Shown here: piece by piece, positions 29,748 through 37,474 of the stretch
How positions within the stretch are numbered: position 1 is the stretch's first letter
How the letters are laid out: every line of letters begins with the position of its first letter
DNA from: an uncultured virus (IMG/VR IMGVR_UViG_3300032180_000385)
Taxonomy: Duplodnaviria > Heunggongvirae > Uroviricota > Caudoviricetes
Direction: 5' to 3' (one strand)
Virus record (IMG/VR): IMGVR_UViG_3300032180_000385
Span: 62,001 to 126,000 of that record
Length of the DNA stretch: 64,000 nucleotides
The notes under the pieces: generated by a model
The model's input: only the letters and a program-made list of their open reading frames with translations
Database searches by the model: none
What the model was told of the DNA's origin: nothing
Program-made: the position numbers and the translations under genes

Positions 29748-30124
29748 TGCCCGACCTCCCGCCAGCGCGCCTCGACCAGCCGCTCAGCCAGCACCGTAGC
29801 ATCATAATCCCAGATCTGCTCATTGCGGTACAGCGGGTGTCCCAGCGGAAGCGTCTTCGCGCGGAAGTTCTCCAGGTACCGGATGTTCTCCCAAATCTGG
29901 ATCCAGCGCCCGCCCCGGGACTTAACCAGCACCTCGACCCGCTCATTGGCGCTGCCCGGATTCGGTCGCGTCACATAGGCCCGCGCCCCGACCGCCGCAA
30001 CGTTCCTCGGGACGGTGAAGTTGCACTGCACGACGATCCGGTCTCCTGGCTCAGGCATCATCCGGAACCTTCCGCAGCCGGGGCAGCCGTGACCGCACCA
30101 GGTCATCCCAGCGGTAGTGAGCAC
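29744..30124 (-). CDS. hypothetical protein (start uncertain)
   Basis: ATGA coupling to the epimerase gene. Confidence 0.45.
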   Translation of the reverse strand: MLTTAGMTWCGHGCPGCGRFRMMPEPGDRIVVQCNFTVPRNVAAVGARAYVTRPNPGSANERVEVLVKSRGGRWIQIWENIRYLENFRAKTLPLGHPLYRNEQIWDYDATVLAERLVEARWREVGQ

Positions 30125-30258
30125 CCAGGAAGTGCCGGGTCATCCCCGTGGGCGTGAAGAACATCCTCCGGCAGGACACGCACCGGATACTGCGGCTGCT
30201 TCCTCGCATGGAGAGACTGTATCAGACGGGAAGCTCGCTAGAAACTAGCCTGACAGGG

Positions 30259-31176
30259 TCACATGTGATCACGGTCATCACCCCTGGCAGTGACCCCGGG
30301 TTCCATTCCCCGCGAGTACACGCGTGCACTTTCGGGACGCCCGTCGGCACTGAACCCGGTTGGCAGAACGGCAACTGTCGGGACTGAAGACGGAGAGTAT
30401 GGCACCAGAGAACCACCTGTGTCCGTCACAGCAAAACCAACGTTAAACTGCTCGAACGGAAAATTCGCCTGCATGTCATCGTTATATCCCGGAGTCAGGA
30501 CACCAGCGGACGAATTAACCGTGTAAAGCCATGATCCCCCAAATCCAGCCGGCCCGGTAACCCAGATGTTAAAGCCGAACGAATAGTGCGCCGAGTCATC
30601 TGCCGCCGGGGAATCCTGGAACGCACTGCTAAATTCCCAGGCAGCAAAGCACCCGGCACCAGGCGCAAGAGCTGGCATGGGAACTGGATAGCTGTTTGCA
30701 ATACTAGTGTTTGAAACAAAGAAGGTGTCTACAGCAGGATACCCCCATTGCGGACTACCCCGAGTGGATCGTAGGATAAAGCCAGACGGCTCTACTGCAT
30801 AGTCAGAATTCGCTGGAACAGTAACAGAGCAACTGATCCCGGTGACCGTACCAGTAACAATCCCGAACCATACCTCGGTGCTAACAGGAATATCCGAACC
30901 AAGCGGCGGCGGAGATGTCAAAACTCGATGCCATGTGACATTAGCACTGCTGACGGTACTCGATCCCGGAACGTATCCGGTCGTCAATACATGCAAGAAC
31001 ACCAGGATGCAGTCACCCGAATGAACTAGGGTAAAATCGCAAGGCCAGCTGTCAGCTGTCACAACCAGGTCTCCTGAACCATTGCTAAGAGGCTGCCCCA
31101 CCCCTGTTCCGGATCCCCAGAAGGGATTCTGGTTATTACCGCCTGGACCATCATTACTAATGAGGCTAATAGTCAT
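30259..31176 (-). CDS. putative virion decoration protein with RVY / PGVTAxGDDRDH C-terminal motif
   Basis: Beta-rich body; C-terminus ADGRPESARVYSRGMEPGVTARGDDRDHM. Confidence 0.55.
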   Translation of the reverse strand: MTISLISNDGPGGNNQNPFWGSGTGVGQPLSNGSGDLVVTADSWPCDFTLVHSGDCILVFLHVLTTGYVPGSSTVSSANVTWHRVLTSPPPLGSDIPVSTEVWFGIVTGTVTGISCSVTVPANSDYAVEPSGFILRSTRGSPQWGYPAVDTFFVSNTSIANSYPVPMPALAPGAGCFAAWEFSSAFQDSPAADDSAHYSFGFNIWVTGPAGFGGSWLYTVNSSAGVLTPGYNDDMQANFPFEQFNVGFAVTDTGGSLVPYSPSSVPTVAVLPTGFSADGRPESARVYSRGMEPGVTARGDDRDHM

Positions 31177-31222
31177 GACGGACCGCCTCTCTCACGCCCC
31201 CACTGACGTACCTTACCAGTAA

Positions 31223-31366
31223 CTACACCGTGATGTCAGTTACCTTATCGCTGTGGGCACCCTTGTTCGTCGCCTTCTCACTGCCGTTCTTCTCCGGCAG
31301 GCCACCAGTCTGGCCACCGAGAGCCTTCTCGCTCCCGTTCGGATAGACTCGGGAAAGATCGCTCAC
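31223..31366 (-). CDS. 47-aa peptide with RVYPNGSE motif (not in the ORF track)
   Basis: GTGA overlap with the upstream stop; VSDLSRVYPNGSEK...DITV*. Confidence 0.5.
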   Translation of the reverse strand: MSDLSRVYPNGSEKALGGQTGGLPEKNGSEKATNKGAHSDKVTDITV

Positions 31367-32588
31367 GTCTGCTCCCAGTCCCCGCCACTGGAAGCGCCGT
31401 TGTCCGACCAGCCGCCTGCGATGTTCCCGGCGCGATCAGCGGCGCCGCCATCCGGAATCTTCTCCCACTTGCCGATCGAGCCCTCGCCCGTAGCGTCGTA
31501 CGGCTGCCCTGGAACGTTCGGCGGGCTGGTGATCGGGTTCGGTGCGTCTGCCATGTCAGTCTCCTTGCTCGTTATGTCTGCTTCCATCGTCCGACATCCG
31601 GAAACGCTGCGGTAACGTTCCCGCTCAGGTCTATCTCCCCGCTGTCACCGTCGACGGCCTTCCACCGACCAGCGGGAGTCTTGTCGGTGGCATCCCAGTC
31701 GCGGGGTGTCGCGCCATTCGTTCCCGTCGCCGTAACAACGTGCGGAGAATCAGTAGCCGGTCCGTTCGTCGCTGGATTGCCTGCCATCTAGGTCTCCCGG
31801 ACTACTTCCAGGCGGGCGGGCTCGGACTCCACCCTTGCTGCCCGCTCGCCTGCGGCTTCCCGTCCGTTCCCGGCTTAATCGGAGCGCTGTTGCTCGGCCC
31901 CTCGCGAACAGACTGGATATCGTCCGAGGTAACCGATTCTGAGTCCGTGCCCGGCGCCCCAAAATCCGGCTGTTCCGAGATAGTGTTCGTAGCCGCCATC
32001 GACCCAGCCTTAACACCAAGACTGTCCTTTGCCAAGCTACTGAGATCCTGCATGTCCTCAGCCCCGAACCGCCCGGCCACCGCGGAGAACCCTGCCGCCG
32101 GCACCCGGCTGGAAGCGTCCCGAGCCGGCCTCAGGCTCGTTGCCCCTGATGCCTTCAAGCTGCGGACCGCCGGTCGCGTAACCCTGGTCGTTGGCGTCCG
32201 TCGAGTCCCGCGGGCCGGAAACGTCATCGCTCACAGTCGTCGTGGTGTACGGGCCGATGCCGTCATTGGGAGTCGTGTAAGTGATCGAGTCCGCACCGCC
32301 CGTGCTGTCAGTTGCGCCCTGCGTACCGGGAGCGCCCGTGCTAGTGATGTCCGCATCGCTGACGCCGGTCACGCTGTCGCTAACCTGACCGATTTCGTTG
32401 GTCGGGTCGAGTCCTGCCGTCCTGCCGCCCTGCGTGCCAGGCGCACCTGTGCCGGTAGGAAGAGGACCGCCGAAGATCGCGGTGCTCCAGTCGCCGGGCG
32501 GGTAGCCTTCGTTTCCGGTGGGGTCGCCTGCCTTGCTGGTACCCGAGTACGGCCTGCCGCTCGTCGGGGTCTTTCCTGAGTCAGCCAT
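31363..32588 (-). CDS. run of four small low-complexity G/D/T/P-rich proteins (32058-32588, 31802-32053, 31572-31787, 31363-31554), probably capsid-associated
   Basis: Each has a purine-rich RBS; W-x-Q-T C-termini shared by two of them; follows the capsid gene. Confidence 0.5.
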
Positions 32589-32624
32589 TTCGGGCTCCTA
32601 TCGTCATGTCCTGCCATGTCTATC

Positions 32625-33068
32625 TTACAGCCGGCCGCCGAACGCCGACTGAAGCTGGGCCTTGGTCAGCGCCCCGGCCTCATCAAGGCTGGTGCCCTGA
32701 CTGACCGCGTACGCTACCCAGGCTGATTTCGGATCCGCCGGGGCCGGACGCGGAACCTCGGGAGAAGGGGCCGGCGGCGGAGGCTCGTGATGCGGAACAG
32801 GCGGTGCGGCTTCCGCTGCCTTCACCGCTGCGGGCGTCTGGGTAACTTCCGTCACCGAAACCGGAGTCTCCCATGACTGAGCGGCTGGCGGCGCTGACGG
32901 CGGTGGAGCAGGACGTGCCCAGTCCGGTGCCGCTACCTGCCTGGCCAGCTGACCGCGGACAAGCGCAATGCCTTCATCATCATCGACCTCGAACACCGCG
33001 TACTTCGGCGGCCACGCGTCCCCGCCCGGACGGCCCCCGGAGATCCCCTCGAGCATCTGAACCCACAT
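32625..33068 (-). CDS. capsid-adjacent protein with Pro-rich linker and C-terminal HeH/LEM-like helix pair
   Basis: KSAWVAYAVSQG...EAGALTKAQL. Confidence 0.55.
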   Translation of the reverse strand: MWVQMLEGISGGRPGGDAWPPKYAVFEVDDDEGIALVRGQLARQVAAPDWARPAPPPSAPPAAQSWETPVSVTEVTQTPAAVKAAEAAPPVPHHEPPPPAPSPEVPRPAPADPKSAWVAYAVSQGTSLDEAGALTKAQLQSAFGGRL

Positions 33069-33070
33069 GC

Positions 33071-33379
33071 CTATGCTTCCCTCCGGAAGTCGTTAATATC
33101 GACAAGCTGCCTCGTGCCCGATGACGAGCAGTCGGTACACACGAATGTCTTCCCATCGCCATTCTCGCTGATGATCCGGGCGCCGGGAAGAGCGAAATGA
33201 CCGCAGGCCAGCCGCTGCAGGCCACCCGTCTCCCGGCACTTAGCGCACGCGAGCTGACCTGTCTTCAGCCGGAGTGCCCGCCGCACCGAACCCGACCCAA
33301 GCGACCGCCCGCAGAACGCGCACCGTTCCCGAGGAGCCGACGGTGCCTGCCGGATCCTGGCTCGACGCGTATTACTCAT
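33071..33379 (-). CDS. zinc-finger protein
   Basis: CAFCG, CAKC, ACGH, CTDC. Confidence 0.55.
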   Translation of the reverse strand: MSNTRRARIRQAPSAPRERCAFCGRSLGSGSVRRALRLKTGQLACAKCRETGGLQRLACGHFALPGARIISENGDGKTFVCTDCSSSGTRQLVDINDFRREA

Positions 33380-34247
33380 GTCGGGTCACCGTCTCCAAAG
33401 CCTCGCGCACCTCATCAGGATAATTCTCGACAACGAACGCGATAAGGTCTGAAACCCGCTGCCCCCGCGGCTGGCGCTGGTTCGTCCACAGTTCCAGGTT
33501 CTCCGGCCGGTTGTCGCTGCGGATACCGTTCTTGTGATGCGGTTCCTCGAACGTGCGCAGCTCGCGCCCGAGCATCTGCTCCATCACTAGCCGATGCTCC
33601 AGGATCGGGCGACCGTTCCGACGCTCGGGTGACATCCTGTAGCCATCGGTAGTGGTATATCCCTGGCTCTTGCGAGGCTGCGCGCCCCACTTGCCTTCCG
33701 GATCGCCGGTAAGCTTCCACCGACTATAGTGCATCCGACACCAACCGCGTGACGTAGCCTGCCTGGGACACTCTTCAATAGAGCAAGACTTACCCTTGTA
33801 CTTAGACTTACGTTCCTGCTGAGGAGTAACTAGCTCCGGTCCCCCAGGATCTCCGGTTCGCCGTACGCGGGCGTAATGCCCCTGACAGTAACCGCGCGCT
33901 TTAGCAGGATTATCACAGCCTCCTACCGAGCACTCCGCACCTGGATTCCAGATCCGAGTAGGTTCTGGCGTCCCCCGTCGCTGCACTCTCATATAATGCG
34001 CTTTGCAGTAACCCTTGGCGTAGGGCTTTTCATCGCAATCATCAGCCTGGCATTCGGAAGCCTGCCGTACATACTCCCGCAACGGATGCAGTGGCTTACC
34101 ACTCATGAACTGCTTATAGTGCTGCGTACAGTAACTACGACTGTAGTACGGCCTGCCGCAATCCTCGTAGTCACAGATTCGATCTGAGGCTGGCATCTCC
34201 TGGTGTGTCCTTCCGTGAGATGGTACGAAGGCAAACGGCATCTGCAC
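33372..34247 (-). CDS. HNH homing endonuclease with four Cys/His zinc-finger repeats (paralog of 2068..2880)
   Basis: CxxxxC....A.GYC..HY repeats; EHRLVMEQ.LGR.L...E.HHKNG...DNRPENLELW; AGGAGG-N6-GTG start. Confidence 0.9.
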   Translation of the reverse strand: MQMPFAFVPSHGRTHQEMPASDRICDYEDCGRPYYSRSYCTQHYKQFMSGKPLHPLREYVRQASECQADDCDEKPYAKGYCKAHYMRVQRRGTPEPTRIWNPGAECSVGGCDNPAKARGYCQGHYARVRRTGDPGGPELVTPQQERKSKYKGKSCSIEECPRQATSRGWCRMHYSRWKLTGDPEGKWGAQPRKSQGYTTTDGYRMSPERRNGRPILEHRLVMEQMLGRELRTFEEPHHKNGIRSDNRPENLELWTNQRQPRGQRVSDLIAFVVENYPDEVREALETVTRHE

Positions 34248-34354
34248 CGTGCGCCTCCTAAACTGTACCATCTCACGGACTGACATGTAAATCCCGACTT
34301 TCCCCTGTCCGACCTAATCGAACGAGTTCTCGAAAAAACTCTTTGAACTGCTGA

Positions 34355-35608
34355 TCAGGTAGAAGCTCCCTTAAAGAGCTTCACGGCGCCGGTGCGATCG
34401 ACCATAGTCCCATCACCACGGAGGATGGCCCTAAATGTCACGAGATCAGTGGAAAATGCGAAATCATCGCTACGCTCGAAGCGGACCCCGCCGACGAGCC
34501 GGACGAAATACTGGCTGAAGTCACCGAACGCGATGGGGGTCGCGCCGGTGGCGAGAGCGGGCATGAACGGGTCCGCGACGAGGGGCTTGCCGAGTAGCAG
34601 GTCGGGCGATCCGAGCACCGCGGAGGGCTCCCAGATCGGCCTGCCTACGGTGTCCGTGATCTTGCGGAATCCGCCGATGGTCTTGTCCGCCGCGAGCCAG
34701 TAGCAGCTGCGTGACTGACGATACGGTGCGATGACCGAGTACTCCAGGTCCACCAGGTTGGCGTAGCTGGGGGCACCCGCAACGCCGGTCGTAGCGCCGG
34801 TGACGCCGACCGAGTTGTTGATGATCCCGTAAGGCTGACCGGAACCGGTGCCGTTCACCAGGTCGGTGCCGAATGCGTTGCCCAGCGCGCGGCCGGCCTG
34901 CATGGCGAGATAGCCGAGCAGGTCGACGGCAGTGTCATCGATCAGCTCGCGAGCCACCTGCAGCATGATGCCGTACTTGTAAGCCGACAGCTGCTGCATG
35001 CTGAACGCCGGGTCGGAGGTAGCGAGGGCACCCGCCTGGGCCGCCGACGCCGCCGTGGAGTGCGCGGTCGTCTTCGGCACCTGCAGCGTCTCGCCGCCCC
35101 CGGTGTTGAGCACCGTAGGACCGCACTGCATGACCCCGGACACCTCGATGAGGTGCGCGATGAGCATGTCGTAGAAGTCTGTAGGCACAATGCTCGACGC
35201 GTTGGTGCCCTGTGTGCCTGTGGTCAGGACACGATAGTTGACCGGACCGCGGGCACTGGTGTCGTGCCGGAATTCCATCGCCCGGGGTGCGCCATCCTCG
35301 CCACGCGCCCACTTGCGGAATTCGCCTTCCAGGCCCTGCATCGCTGCCGGGACCGGGCGCTGATCGGCTGGCTTGCCGGAAAGCGCATCATAAGCAGCGT
35401 CCGCATCCTTGGCCCTCTTCTCGGTGTCGAGAACGGCCTTGATGCGAGTATCGAGGGTACCCATCTCCTCCTGCATGGCGTCCCAGCGGCCCTGCTCTTC
35501 GGGAGTGAAGGCCCTGTTCTCCTCGGCCGCGGTCTCGGCGATCTTCCTTGCCTCGTTCCAGACGCCGAGACGCCGGTCACGAAGCTTCTTCGCAACTTCA
35601 CTAGCCAT
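34355..35608 (-). CDS. major capsid protein, HK97 fold
   Basis: N-terminal coiled-coil delta domain; L.AYKYG...V.RELIDD, LVNGTG.GQP.GI, LLGKP, IAFGDFS.Y. Confidence 0.95.
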   Translation of the reverse strand: MASEVAKKLRDRRLGVWNEARKIAETAAEENRAFTPEEQGRWDAMQEEMGTLDTRIKAVLDTEKRAKDADAAYDALSGKPADQRPVPAAMQGLEGEFRKWARGEDGAPRAMEFRHDTSARGPVNYRVLTTGTQGTNASSIVPTDFYDMLIAHLIEVSGVMQCGPTVLNTGGGETLQVPKTTAHSTAASAAQAGALATSDPAFSMQQLSAYKYGIMLQVARELIDDTAVDLLGYLAMQAGRALGNAFGTDLVNGTGSGQPYGIINNSVGVTGATTGVAGAPSYANLVDLEYSVIAPYRQSRSCYWLAADKTIGGFRKITDTVGRPIWEPSAVLGSPDLLLGKPLVADPFMPALATGATPIAFGDFSQYFVRLVGGVRFERSDDFAFSTDLVTFRAILRGDGTMVDRTGAVKLFKGAST

Positions 35609-35666
35609 AGCTAGCCCCTCCTTCTACGGGGGATCGGTTGAAACACCCACATCGGATGTCTCGGTA

Positions 35667-35707
35667 CCGGCTCCGTCCGCACCCTGGAAGGGCAGCTACG
35701 GCCTCGG
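35667..35707 (-). promoter_or_regulatory. late-leader hairpin motif, copy g (covariant), upstream of the capsid gene
   Basis: CCGAGGCC-[GTAGCTGCCCTTCCAGGGTGCGGAC]-GGAGCCGG. Confidence 0.55.
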
Positions 35708-35738
35708 AAATTTTGTTGTCAGCTACCTGCGCGGACTG

Positions 35739-36752
35739 CTAGATCTCGTCTGCGTAGGGGTCTTCCTGGTTGGCCTGCAGCGCGAGCATGGCCTGCGCCC
35801 CGGACAGCACCGGCTTGGGCGGCGGCTTCGGAGCCGGGATGTTCCGCTTGTCCGGGCCGATATTGTCGGTACGCTTGAAGAATTCGAGTACACGCCCGTC
35901 GTTCACCCTGGAACGAACTTCCTCGACGTCGGCCTGCACCCAATTGGCGAGGGATTCGACCGCACCGTTCATGGCCCTGGCTGCGGCCGTCGCGTCGGGG
36001 TAGGCCGGGTCGAGCACCGGCGCCACGTCGACGAGCTGCACGGACACGAGGGTCCGCATCGGGAAGTTGAAGTCCGTGACGCCCCATTCGTCACCGCCGG
36101 GGAAGACCCGGAATGCAAAGCTGGAATGCCGGACGTCTCCGCGATCGACGTATTCGAGAATGTCAGCCCGGGACTGCGGCGGCAGGACGTCGTAGAGAAG
36201 GCCCTGCTGATCGACTCGAAGCGAGAGCGTGTTGGCGTGCGTGGTGCCAAGTAGCAGGTCATCCTTGTGGTTGAATCGGCACACGACATCCGGCCAGTTC
36301 TCAGTGCGCGACTGGTCGAAGGCGGTAGTGTCGACCTGCTCCACGAAGCCGCTCATCCGTCGGGACAGCTTGTTGAAGCACGCGGCGTAGCCGTAGATAC
36401 GCTTCGGACCACCGGAATGCTCTTCCCTGGTCTCCAGCGGGAACTTGGTGAACCGGCGCTCCGGCCACGCATCACCCGAGGTGGTTGCCCCGAGAGCGTC
36501 ACGCTGCGCTCCCGACACCTTGATGCCGAAACGCCTCGCGGCCGTCATGATCTTCGGCATTGCCTGCTTGCCGAACGGAGACTGCGGTGCCCGCGCGAGA
36601 GCATTACGAGCATGTGCCTCATCATGCACCGGGAAATGCCGCTTGCTTCGCGGCGATGTCCGACCTGACGGGTCCTTTATGCCACCCGGCTCGATAAATG
36701 CGAATGCGCTGTCTTCGAGGTCGTTGATTGCTTGAGATGATAGTGTGCTCAC
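35739..36752 (-). CDS. HK97-family prohead protease with extra N-terminal domain
   Basis: IYGYAACFN..S...GFVEQV...AF, FNH...LLG, RGDV..SSFAF, L.DVAPVLDPAYPD. Confidence 0.9.
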   Translation of the reverse strand: MSTLSSQAINDLEDSAFAFIEPGGIKDPSGRTSPRSKRHFPVHDEAHARNALARAPQSPFGKQAMPKIMTAARRFGIKVSGAQRDALGATTSGDAWPERRFTKFPLETREEHSGGPKRIYGYAACFNKLSRRMSGFVEQVDTTAFDQSRTENWPDVVCRFNHKDDLLLGTTHANTLSLRVDQQGLLYDVLPPQSRADILEYVDRGDVRHSSFAFRVFPGGDEWGVTDFNFPMRTLVSVQLVDVAPVLDPAYPDATAAARAMNGAVESLANWVQADVEEVRSRVNDGRVLEFFKRTDNIGPDKRNIPAPKPPPKPVLSGAQAMLALQANQEDPYADEI

Positions 36753-36781
36753 AGATCTTCCTTCCATGTTATACTTAGGTC

Positions 36782-37474
36782 ATGACCAGTGGACGTAACC
36801 CTGACTACATCCCGGGCAAGACCTGCGAGAACTGCGGGAAGCCTATTCCGTGGCGTCCCGGGATAGAGGTGCGAGCGAGAGCCCGCTGGTGCAGCAAAGA
36901 CTGCTTCCAAACCGCTGGACGCGATGCTGCACCTAAGCCGTGTGAAAACTGCGGCAAGCCAATCCCGTGGCGGGAAGGCCGCGCAGCCCGTACTAAGGCT
37001 CGCTTCTGCTGCGACGCCTGTAAATTCGCTTGGCAGAAGCTCCACCCGCCGAATCCACGACAACCTCGGGAAACGAAGCCATGCGACACATGCGGCAAGC
37101 CTGTCGAGTACCTTCCATCCCAGAAGCTGGCAAGTAAGTACCCGAACGGAAACATCTACTGCTCCCGAGAATGCTTCGGTATCGGGCATTCTAAAACCAT
37201 GACGGGACGCCGTCCCAGCGGAGGCATCTATACCTCGCCCAGCACCTTCCGACTGATGATCCGACGCGAATTCTTCGACCGCTGCGCCATCTGCGGCTGG
37301 GACACAACCCCGTGCGACGTCGCGCACATCATCGATCGGAAAGACGGCGGACCCGACTCGCTGGAGAACGTTGTGATGCTGTGCCCGAACCACCACCGGG
37401 CCTTCGACATGAAGTTGATCCCCGTCGAGACAATCCGGCTGGCACGAGAAACGATCCTGCGTAATCATCAGTGA
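36782..37474 (+). CDS. HNH endonuclease with CxxCGK...CS..C repeats, antisense to the head operon
   Basis: CAICGW...DVAHI...GG.D..ENVVMLCPNHHRAFD; TGT-TATACT-N6-ATG. Confidence 0.85.
   Translation: MTSGRNPDYIPGKTCENCGKPIPWRPGIEVRARARWCSKDCFQTAGRDAAPKPCENCGKPIPWREGRAARTKARFCCDACKFAWQKLHPPNPRQPRETKPCDTCGKPVEYLPSQKLASKYPNGNIYCSRECFGIGHSKTMTGRRPSGGIYTSPSTFRLMIRREFFDRCAICGWDTTPCDVAHIIDRKDGGPDSLENVVMLCPNHHRAFDMKLIPVETIRLARETILRNHQ

Noticed and set aside
27600..29750. Visibly more AT-rich reductase/epimerase segment as a separate mobile element
   Set aside because: No terminal repeats, transposase or integrase; treated as a recently acquired part of the glycan module. GC content was not computed.
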